Part shown: in pieces, positions 1 through 9,179 of the stretch
How the letters are laid out: each line of letters begins with the position of its first letter
How positions within the stretch are numbered: the first letter of the stretch is position 1
Assembly (NCBI GenBank): GCA_965233585.1
Contig: CBDDTI010000212.1
Span: 1-64,000, forward strand
DNA length: 64,000 bases
Origin: a bacterium
GTDB lineage: Bacteria; SAR324; NAC60-12
Reading direction: 5' to 3'
Made by a program: the position numbers and the translations under genes
The notes under the pieces: model-generated
The model's database searches: none
What the model saw: only the letters and a program-made list of their open reading frames with translations
Told to the model about the DNA's origin: nothing

Positions 1-376
1 CTTTAATCTTTCCTCATTTAATTTAAAAAAGAACGGGCAATGCGTATTTCCCAAACCTTTTCAACCTAACATAGGGGAAGGGGACGCCGTTGACTTATAT
101 CGGCATTTATACGACAGTATAGGTATTTCGCACGGCAATCAGTCCATTGGCTTGACGTATGATGCTTTTATAAATGGAAGATTTTTTCTCGCGGCCGACT
201 TGACACCGGATCAATGTAATTCGTACCACCCACATCCAGAAAATTATGGAAATTTAGATTTAGAATTGGCTTTTTCCCAAATCACTCCCCATCCAATATA
301 CGTTCTAGCCTTATCTATTTTTAACTCTGGTATTAAAATAGATCAATTTCAACAAGTCATGAAAGGAACCAATTAA
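1..376 (+). CDS. Major capsid protein (double jelly-roll), C-terminal part, copy C
   Basis: Matches the end of the 41881-42606 ORF (FFLAADLTPD...GNLDLELAF), a typical Maverick MCP C-terminus. Confidence 0.88.
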   Translation, partial: FNLSSFNLKKNGQCVFPKPFQPNIGEGDAVDLYRHLYDSIGISHGNQSIGLTYDAFINGRFFLAADLTPDQCNSYHPHPENYGNLDLELAFSQITPHPIYVLALSIFNSGIKIDQFQQVMKGTN

Positions 377-379
377 AAT

Positions 380-862
380 ATGGAGGGTGGGTTATCAAAT
401 ATCTTTTTAAACAATTACATTCGACCCAGATGTAAGAATTTCGTCGGGGTATTTTCGGTCGACGACTTGCCATCTGATCCGCTTTCATTGCCTTGCTGTC
501 TGATCGCTAACTTATCCAAAAGAAATCAAGAAGGATCTCATTTCGTAGCAATGTACATTAACAAAAAAAATCAACTCTATTATTTTGATTCTTTCGGTTT
601 TTTACCACCGATATGGAATAAATGTTTGATGAAGTTTTTATGACCCTGGATAGAGAAGAACTCCTTCAAAATTGTCTTATCTCACTCAATTCAGAGTTTC
701 CGTTCTTTGTTTTGCGGATGGTACACGTGCGCATTTTGTTTATCTGTGGGCAACAATTTATTGACCCCTCAACAATTCGTTAAAATGTTTGTAAAAAATC
801 CCAAATCAGAAAATGATAAAATTGTAACTCATTTTATAAAAAAAAATGAAAATAAATGTTGA
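380..862 (+). pseudogene. Adenain-like cysteine protease, copy C, premature stop
   Basis: GSHFVA, FDSFG and downstream QS..SLFCGWY motifs. TGA at 641-643 where copy B has CGA. Confidence 0.9.
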
Positions 863-874
863 TATATTTTACTT

Positions 875-2335
875 TCATAACTTTGGATATTTTCCTGAAA
901 AAAGTTTTTTAACAGAATCTACTTTAGCTTCTGATTTAGACATTTTTCTTGTTTTTGATCTGGTTTTTGCGGGAGACATACCAGCTTCAATAGGGTCCCT
1001 TTTTATTGGGCTTTTAGATTGTGACATTTTCATTGACTTTGATCTGGTTTTGGTTTGTGCAGGAGTCATGTTAGCATCAGCGGAATTTCTTTTTGTTGCA
1101 CCCTTCGATTGAGCTTTTCCAGCTGAAAATCGTATTTTAACAGGTGTAAGTGGAAATGAAGGAGAAGAGCTTCCAATTCCTCTTAATCTTCTTTTTCGAA
1201 GGGTAGAGGTCATTCCAAAAATTTTATTTTGATTTCTTACAGACAATTCTTTATAATGATCTTTCATCATATGTTTGGCAAATTGTGGAATGCCGACATA
1301 TTGCTTCCCGCAATTGGGAAAGGGACAAACTATTTTGCCGGCCGCATTCTTTTCTTTCACTGCTTTTGCAATAGGTGTATTTCGCCAATTTAACACAACT
1401 GGAGATTTTATTGCGGAAAGTGCGTATGAGTAATCCGTTTCATTTGAGCTGTTTCTTCTAGCGTAAGGGCTGGAAATCATTCCTTTAATGGTCTTTTTGT
1501 CTTTTAAAGCTATATCTATAGGATGGTCTTTTAGCAAAGGTTTGCCTAATTGCCCTTCGTCAACATATTGCTTCCAACAATTAGGAACTGGACAAACTAA
1601 TTTGCCTTTTGAATTTCTTTTTGTCATCGCTTCTAAAACAGGTGTTTCTCGCCATTCTTCTCGTTTGGTAGCAACAGGAGTGGAATAAGCTGATTCGTTC
1701 GGACTTTTTGTTTTTTCAGGACTAAGAGATTTTTCTGCAACAAATTGTCTTTCAATAATGGGGGTACTAGGTAAATTATTTTCTTCTTGTTGGGGAATTT
1801 CAGTGGGTGTTCTGTAAAGAGATACGTCCGTGAGATCCATATTGGTATCAATTCGAGCAGGTGTTAGTGCATTTGGTATTTCTTCTCATTGCGTAATTTG
1901 AACGGATGGTGATCTTGAAACTGGGTGGTAAGCGCGGTCAAAACTGCTACCTTTTTGGGTAACTCGACCAGGGGACATTACATTCTGTATTTCTTCTCGT
2001 TGAGGGATTTGAGTGGATGGTGATCTCGAAAGAGATTGGTAAGTACGACCCATGCTATCAGATTGAGCAATTGATGTGACATTCGGTAATTTATCAGACC
2101 CAAAACGAAGTAATTTATCCCCAGTTTGGATTATTTTCTGTCTGTCTTGTAGATTTTTAAATTTAATGGCGTTTTCAATATAGTTGGTTGTTTCTGGTTT
2201 TTCATTCATAGAAATAAGTTCCTTTTTTGATTCATCGTCTTCCGTATTTTTTATTAATGAATAATATAATCTTTTAGGTACTAAAAACATGGAATACATT
2301 TCATCATGTGGTTTTATTTTTACTCCTGAGCTCAT
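875..2335 (-). pseudogene. PZ-like core protein with two C2H2 zinc fingers, copy C, premature stop
   Basis: Collinear with the intact 486 aa ORF at 39922-41382. Split by TGA at 1886-1888 (CGA in copy B). Confidence 0.88.
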
Positions 2336-2337
2336 TT

Positions 2338-2651
2338 TTAACGACGATGTCGCGAACTCTTATTTGCAATAATTTGAGCCAAAAGAGGGATGACGGTGCT
2401 GGCGATCGCTGATAAAACTCCTAAAATTCCGCCCTTTTGTAATATTTTTCTTTTTTTCGAAATGTCGGAAGAACGACGCGGCGGTGCAGCAAGACGTCTA
2501 AATTCTACCAAATGAGCTCTTATCTTTTTTTGAAGACGTGTTTGTACTTTGCCATGTATGGGCAAGTCTCCGTTCAAAACGTAATGTAATATACGACAAA
2601 GCAATTCAACACCGCGATCGTCCAAATGACTTAAAAAATTGGCACAATCCT
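2338..2651 (-). pseudogene. PM/pX-like small core protein, 5'-truncated by insertion of copy A
   Basis: ILQKGGILGVLSAIASTVIPLL motif. The N-terminus seen in copy B (MSKTLGK...) is replaced beyond 2651. Confidence 0.8.
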
Positions 2652-3066
2652 TGTTGTAGAGAAATGTACCTACATCAAGCTCTTTCGAGCTCGATGTAGG
2701 CACATTTCTTCTCAAAACACTCTCAAAACACCTTAAAACAGTCTAAAACGGGCTTTTAACCATCCGTTTACGCATGAAAACCATCTTGATGCGCTCTTAA
2801 ACCACCTTGATGGCATCTACATTGAGCCTGTTGCAGGCTCAATCGAGCCTGTTTTCATCTGTAATCGGCCTGCAACCGGCTTGTTTTCGTCTGTAATCGG
2901 CCTGCAACCGGCTTGTTTTTGTCTGCAATCGGCTTGCAACAGGCTCGATTGAGCCTGTAATCGGCCTGCAACCGGCTTGTTGCAACATCTATTTTTTCTC
3001 AAGGTTCTGAGAATGAAAAATGTTTAAAAATTCCGTTCTTTTTGCTCCAAACTCGCTCAAATGTAA
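2652..3066 (+). repeat. Left terminal region / TIR of the Maverick with internal short repeats
   Basis: Several AATCGGCCTGCAACCGGCTTG-like repeats at ~2860-2985 and palindrome TTGAGCCTGTTGCAGGCTCAA at 2822-2842. 3001-3066 is an imperfect inverted match to 48952-49015. Confidence 0.7.
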
Positions 3067-3191
3067 AACTTTTTAACAATAAAAATGTTTTAATTCAACT
3101 ATAAAGGAGAGCGCTTAATTTAAATGTTTTACAGTTAAACCATTTTCAGTATATCATTGAGCCTTGTCCAGATAACACTCACTGCAAAATC

Positions 3192-3497
3192 ATGTTCTGT
3201 AACATTGATTTGTTCCAAAATAATCCAAAAGAAGACGTTGTTCTGCGACACATCTCCATTCTTCTCAACACAATAAACAAAACTTTAAAATTGTTGGAGA
3301 AAGAAGTATTAGTTTATTGTCAAGACGTCAAAAATCACACGTTTTTATTTTATGGACCAAGAGATGATTTTGAAACTCGCGCACAAATCATTCCTGTTAT
3401 TCAAAAAGAACTAGAAGTGTACCATTATTACAAAAAAACTTTGGAACTTTTGTACATAATTTTTGCTCAAAATTTTTACACTCAGTTTTTTTGTTAA
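3192..3497 (+). CDS. Small helical protein, paralogue of 48192-48575(-)
   Basis: ATG ORF of 101 aa with TATAAA at ~3100. Shares R.IS..L..IN..L..L..E...Y and D..TR.....IQ.EL.V.H.Y with the right-end ORF. Confidence 0.72.
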   Translation: MFCNIDLFQNNPKEDVVLRHISILLNTINKTLKLLEKEVLVYCQDVKNHTFLFYGPRDDFETRAQIIPVIQKELEVYHYYKKTLELLYIIFAQNFYTQFFC

Positions 3498-3516
3498 AAC
3501 ATCAATATTCCAAATA

Positions 3517-3765
3517 ATGACAATTTTAGACTCGTCGTGCAAAAGCGAAGAAGAACAACAAATTACTTCATACAACGTTTATTATGAGCCTAATTATGTA
3601 GAAGACGATGTTTCGCCCGGGCTATTGAGTTGTTTGTACTTTTTATGGATGACACTTGGTTTATTTGCTTTATTTGAATATCATTATCAATTATATTATG
3701 TGAATGTCAATAATAATACCAATGATTCTTTTTTACGTAATAATACAAACAATTCGTTGATTTGA
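3517..3765 (+). CDS. Small single-pass membrane protein with N-glycosylation sequons
   Basis: Hydrophobic LLSCLYFLWMTLGLFALF followed by NNT, NDS and NNS sequons. Confidence 0.55.
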   Translation: MTILDSSCKSEEEQQITSYNVYYEPNYVEDDVSPGLLSCLYFLWMTLGLFALFEYHYQLYYVNVNNNTNDSFLRNNTNNSLI

Positions 3766-4056
3766 CGTACCATGTCTTATTTTTCCAGCGCGTGTTTTTC
3801 GTTACTTTACATTCAATTCATGCAATGCTGTCAATGCAAACAATTCATTGATTTTGCGCGCAATGTACATTTAAATGTACAATATTATATACATAGTATA
3901 AGCAGTCAAAATCGTCTCTTATTTATAATAAATATGAAGAAGAGCGCGTTTTGACCGAAATTTTTATCATATAAATAAAAATCACAAATTCCATAATTTG
4001 AAATCCTCATTCTAAATTAAAATTTTGTTTAATTGACATCAACACCCAAACCCGTC

Positions 4057-5459
4057 ATGAAATTTTTTATTTCGTTTTTTTGTGTCATTTTTTTGACACA
4101 AAATTCCTTTGCCCAAAACCTTTCTTTTTTTGAAAATATTTTAAAAATGTCTTCTGGATTTTACCCCCTCTTTAATTCCACCATCAACTCAACTGTAACC
4201 AACCAATTGACGACCATCAGCTCCACAACTACTGCTTCTACCACAACCACAATCACTACGACTTCCACCGTCCCGTCTACGACCACTACAATTACCACCT
4301 CGAGCTCCACTACTATTACAACTACCTCTACTTCATTGTCTAGCAGCACCACATCCACAACTACTGTTTCTTCTACCTCACCAATCATCATCTCTTCAAC
4401 TTCATCAATTGTCTCTACCACCACCACTGTACCAACCTCCATGCCTACAACTTCAACAACTTCGACTGTATCAACCACTAGTTACACAACCGCAACAATC
4501 ACCTCTAAGACTCCATTAACCACTGTCTCTTCGCCTACATTAATTACCTCAACTACCACTCCTACTACTTCAACCACCAGCCCACATTCACAACAAACCC
4601 CTCCGCAACAATCACCTCTACCATCACCACTTCAAAGCCTTTAATCTCTATTCCAAAGATGACATTTGGTGAATTTTTGCTTGAACAATTTACCTTTGAC
4701 AGTAAGTCTCATTTGTTTCAGTTTTACATTTATTTTCTCTAATATTCATATTACTATTTTGCAGACGGATTTAAATTACTAGTAATTGTTATTCTTATGA
4801 TCGTATGTCTTTTGGTGACGGTCCTAACAGTTAAATTTTGGAGATTGAATAACCAATTAACTCAACACAATCAACCCAATTCTGAAGTAAGTATTTTATT
4901 TTAAAATTTTTGTTTTACAAAAATTATAATTTTCCTATCTATTTTCAGTTTTATGAAATGTCAACACTTCGTCGAGAGAAAGCCAGTCAAGATTCAACTT
5001 CTGAAACAAATGTTGAAGTTTTGGACGCTCCTTCTTCTCCAGCTGTTGTCAATTCAGGACCAAAAACATGCAACAAAATAATGAATACTGATGAATCATA
5101 TTTGACGGATTTGGCGGTAAAAATATTTTTTATTTTCATAATTGTTCATTATAATCATACATTTACTTTATTATTTTTAGAAGTCTCATTTTCAACCAGT
5201 GATTCGCCCAATTCCGTTGTATCCACGTACTACGCTCGAGAGACGACGGGCTCAATATTTCAATGAGTCTTTCAACCCTCTTTTTCCCGTCACCACTGCT
5301 CAAGATGACCCAACTCCGTTATATTCACGTTCTATGTTTGACAGACGACGAACTCAAATTTTCAATGATTCTTCCAACCCTCTTTTTTCCGTCACCACCG
5401 CTCAAGAGGAGTCTTCAAAATCTACTTCTTCTGTTTTGCATCCGCCCACTTCGCTTTAA
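4057..5459 (+). pseudogene. Spliced type I mucin-like membrane protein (4 exons; one frameshift near 4580)
   Basis: Signal peptide MKFFISFFCVIFLTQNSFA and S/T-rich ectodomain. GT-AG introns 4702-4764, 4887-4948 and 5117-5180 join in frame a TM exon (LLVIVILMIVCLLVTVLTV) and a cytoplasmic tail. Confidence 0.8.
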
Positions 5460-5563
5460 ATTTTTAATTTATATTTTATTGTATTAGTAGATAAGGTGTT
5501 ATTTAGAGTATGCGCATCTCTTTTATTTTAAAATATACATATGTACACAGTAACCACCTCATT

Positions 5564-6777
5564 TCATTGTTGAATTTTGGGTAGTTTTTTTTTAATGCCG
5601 AAACACAATTCCATGAACGCCTTTGTTATTTCTTCCAATCCTCTTAAAGGCACCTGGATTTTCATGATTTTTGTTGAATATTGTTGGTTGTTTTCATTAT
5701 ACTGAAAAAGCATGCGGTTTAAAAGTGATCAATTTTTGCTATCAATTTTACTTACATGTTCCTTTTTCATGTAGATTACCGGCCAGGTCGACAATCCTCC
5801 GGCTTTTTGAATATGCCTCAAACCAGTGATTCCTACGGTCACTTGAGGATTAAGGTATACGACCTTATACATTGGTTTTATTGGAAGGCTAACACTTTTT
5901 TCATCCACCTTTTTGTTTTTGATTAGTTCAATAAACTTCTTTAGTGTAGCCGGATTTATGTACATGTACTGGAATAAAAATTTCATTATTTCTGCAATGA
6001 AATCAGACCAAATTTAATTATCAAAACTTACGTTATCTGGTCCAAAAAAGTACGCTTCTCTTGTAGAATGTTCTTTTTGCCATTCAACAAAATCAATGTC
6101 CCTAGTGTCAGCCATTTTTTCAGTTGTCCAATTTCGAAAAAATACTTTTTGCTCGTCTTCATTCATTAAAATTTGATACGCCATCAACGACGCACCTTCA
6201 TAGACCGCGTGGTTGTTAATTTCATTTTCTAACTTCAGCATCTTCTTAATCGGATTTTTTCTTTTCTTTTCTAAAACATCTTGTGTCTGTTCGTCAAGGT
6301 CTTCATCCGTACTAATTACATTGTCATCATCAACATCATCATCATCATCATCATCGTCATTATTTTCTGAACTTTCATCGCTCGGTTGTTCTACTTCAGT
6401 TGAAGCATCATCAGAGTCGGAAGTTAACTCTTCCGCTTCCGATTCCTCAATTTCTTCAGACATGTCATCTGATTCCGATGTTGACATGATTTCTTTCTTT
6501 TTTTGTTTCTTTTCTAAAATGTTGATCAAAATAGAAAATAAGGTTCATGTAATAAAAATATAAATTTCAAATTACCTGATCTTAATTGATGTTTTTTATT
6601 TGAATTCTTCTTGGAGTTCCTAGTTTCGCGTTTCTTCTTACCAATTTTTTTATCATTTTTTTCTGTCTCCTTTTTGGTCTTCTTTTTCTTCTCCTCCTGA
6701 ATAATCTTATGATTGTCCTCTTTGGCATCTTTGATGCGAGAATTTAATTTTCTCTTTTTCGCTGGTGATTCCTTCAT
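5564..6777 (-). CDS. Spliced nuclear-type protein (basic N-terminus, acidic middle, globular C-terminus), 4 exons
   Basis: GT-AG introns on the minus strand at 6575-6514, 6031-5969 and 5755-5702 link ORFs 6526-6777, 6014-6529 and 5729-5986 and a final exon in frame to TGA at 5564-5566. Confidence 0.78.
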
Positions 6778-6993
6778 GTTCTTTTCTTAAATGCGGGTTA
6801 TTTACTCTAAACTCAAATTTACACTGACATTCAAAGTAAAAAATCCTTTTCTTTTAAACCTTTTTAAAGTTTAATGTCTACCACCAACATGCGCTAGTTG
6901 ACGCCCTAAAGGACCCAACACTGTTCATGTGTGAGGGCAAGTGCTCGATACGATCATTGAATTAAAATTTCAATTAAGAAACTAAGCTTGTGA

Positions 6994-7296
6994 TCAAGGA
7001 ATTTAAAAACTCGAAATGACACGAACATTAATTTTCTGTTGATTGAAGTATTTAACGGAGATTAGATGATGTACATTGCATTGTCAACCAAGCACGTGTT
7101 CAAGGAATTTTAAAAACTCAAAATGACATGAACATCAATTTTCCGTTAATTGAAGTATTTAACAAAGATTAGATGATGCACATTGCATCGTCAACCAAGC
7201 ACGTGTCCAAGGAATTTAAAAACTTGAAATAACATGATCATTAATTTTTCATTGATTTAAGTATTAAACAGTGATTAAATGATGCACGTTGCATCA
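6994..7296. repeat. ~2.8 tandem copies of a ~106 bp unit between divergent genes (candidate enhancer/origin)
   Basis: Units start at ~6994, 7100 and 7207; CACGTG ends the first two. Conserved in copy B. Confidence 0.85.
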
Positions 7297-7432
7297 AAAA
7301 TCAGTGACCATAAATTTACTGTCAGAAATCTAATTTTTCAGGGTGTTGGGCGGGATTTTTCTCATGCAGTTATGATCTTGTGCGATTGGACTAGAAACCG
7401 TTTAAAAGTGAGCGCCTCATCGCTTAAATTTC

Positions 7433-7470
7433 TATAAAAGTCAGGATATATATTTTCCATTCCGTCATTC
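7433..7470 (+). promoter_or_regulatory. Pol II core promoter (TATAAAA plus TCATTC initiator)
   Basis: TATAAAA 7433-7439, TCATTC 7465-7470, reverse CCAAT at ~7385. Same in copy B. Confidence 0.65.
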
Positions 7471-7528
7471 CATTTTCGTTCATTTACCAAGAAAAGTCTT
7501 CTACTCCAAGTCAATTCTCAAGGTAAAA

Positions 7529-8320
7529 ATGCCTGGTCTTAACAATTCTGAATCTCGTCAAGTAACCCATGACTCGCAAGGGTTAAGGGTTACAGTACGT
7601 ATTGCTGATGATTCAACATCAAACTCTAACAACAACAACAACAACAACAACAACGCTGCCGATGATTCAACATCGGACCTCACAAACGTTATAAATAACT
7701 CTGACGATTTGACATCAAGCATCAATTCTGATGATTTAACATCAGTCTCTCCAACTGTTGTACCGATTGGACGAGCCAGGAGGTTAGCGAGACCAAATAA
7801 CGTCTCAAACCCCTCTCCTATCGGTCACGGAGTTGGACGAGGTGGGATTGTCCGCAACACCTCAAATATTTCGAATGTCGGACGTGGTGTTGGTCGAGGT
7901 CAACCAATTCAAAGAAATCCTCAACCATCTACTTCTGCTCCAAGGACTGGGCGAGAGGTTGGAGGCGGTGCTGGCAGGGGTGGAAGATATTTTCACCCTT
8001 ACCGTCGTCCAGCAACTCAAACTTCGGCCTCTACCATAAACGGTACTCGTTCAAGTTCCGTTATTTTTATGGACAGCGATGGGGAAGAAGTTGAGGAGGA
8101 GGAGGATTTTGATGAGACGGATGATGACTACCACTATTCTACTTGTGTCGAACATTTATTCAACAGAAGAAGAGTAATTTTCGATATTAATGAAAGATAT
8201 GCCGAGTCTTTGATTATACGCCAAATACGAGCACTTGAGCGTCAAAATCTTTGGCTTCAAAACGAATGCCAAAGATTAAACACTCAATTGCAACGATGTA
8301 GGGACTTGTTGTCTTCTTAA
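7529..8320 (+). CDS. Low-complexity RGG/acidic protein with C-terminal leucine-zipper-like coiled coil
   Basis: 263 aa ATG ORF intact in both copies, with RGG repeats, RYFHPY, an acidic tract and heptads IRALERQNLWLQNECQRLNTQLQRCRDLL. Confidence 0.8.
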   Translation: MPGLNNSESRQVTHDSQGLRVTVRIADDSTSNSNNNNNNNNNAADDSTSDLTNVINNSDDLTSSINSDDLTSVSPTVVPIGRARRLARPNNVSNPSPIGHGVGRGGIVRNTSNISNVGRGVGRGQPIQRNPQPSTSAPRTGREVGGGAGRGGRYFHPYRRPATQTSASTINGTRSSSVIFMDSDGEEVEEEEDFDETDDDYHYSTCVEHLFNRRRVIFDINERYAESLIIRQIRALERQNLWLQNECQRLNTQLQRCRDLLSS

Positions 8321-8406
8321 GATTTTTTGAGTTTATAATGTATATATTATGAAATGTAGTCTCAAATTAATGTTAAAATAAATTTTGATTTCAGAATTTT
8401 GTAAGA

Positions 8407-9126
8407 ATGCCGAAATCTTACGTGTGTCCCGAATGCCAAAAATCATTTGACAGAAAATCTTCTCGCGACAAACATCATTTATTCCGTCATCGTGAAACTA
8501 CAAAATCTCGAGCTCGGATCCCACTTAATCAGTCGTTTCAATGCCCATTTTGTAAGAACGAAGTAAGTTCCTTTAAATCGAGAAAAGATTTAGTCTCACA
8601 CATTGACGCTTCTCATTTAGAGAATTTAAATTATTTATTGCACAAATCTGCACTTAACGGAAAAATCAAATTTTATCGAAAACACATTTTTTCAAAAGAA
8701 ACGCTTCAAGGATTTGTTGCAAATAAAAAAAATAGACAAGAAATAGTTGACGTTATTTGTCACGAACTAAGTAAAACTTTTACGGTTAAAGTTGCCCTTA
8801 TTTTGACAGCGGCGTATCAAATTCCTGATTTGAATTCCGCTGCAGAGAAGAAGGACATTGAACTAGATACTACCAATATTGATGATACCACTGATAAACC
8901 TTCTGATCAGTCATCGCCTCAAATATTGTCCAATGATCGAGATGTCTTTGCTCTAAGAACCAGCTACATTCAATTCACGTCTTTTGATTCATCCCGCTCG
9001 TTAAAAGGCAAAGTCCAAAAATTATTACATAATTTAGTAAATAGAGAAGAAGATTTGTTAATGAGAGGTTCTGGATGGAGATTTGAATCTTTATCTTTTA
9101 GCGATATTCAAATTACTAGCATTTGA
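8407..9126 (+). CDS. C2H2 zinc fingers plus putative terminal protein (N-terminal pPolB region encoded as a separate ORF)
   Basis: Two C2H2 fingers. C-terminal LLMRGSGWRFESL matches the GSGW motif of Maverick pPolB N-termini. Same stop in both copies. Confidence 0.75.
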   Translation: MPKSYVCPECQKSFDRKSSRDKHHLFRHRETTKSRARIPLNQSFQCPFCKNEVSSFKSRKDLVSHIDASHLENLNYLLHKSALNGKIKFYRKHIFSKETLQGFVANKKNRQEIVDVICHELSKTFTVKVALILTAAYQIPDLNSAAEKKDIELDTTNIDDTTDKPSDQSSPQILSNDRDVFALRTSYIQFTSFDSSRSLKGKVQKLLHNLVNREEDLLMRGSGWRFESLSFSDIQITSI

Positions 9127-9179
9127 TTTTTATGAACTTATTTTGTTTTATTCAAAAAAATTTCAAATAAACTTTGGAA

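Larger units (their letters stand above)
1..2651 (-). mobile_element. Maverick/Polinton copy C (partial, inverted relative to copies A/B; continues left of the window)
   Basis: Near-identical reverse complement of 39606-42256 (MCP C-terminus, protease, zinc-finger core protein, PM-like gene). Homology stops abruptly at 2651. Confidence 0.93.

Noticed and set aside
2338..2715. 125 aa ORF as a novel full-length gene
   Set aside because: Its first ~21 codons come from copy A's terminus read across the insertion junction.
6994..7296. CRISPR-like array here or in the 14/18/21 bp repeats
   Set aside because: Contiguous tandem units without unique spacers, no cas genes, eukaryotic context.
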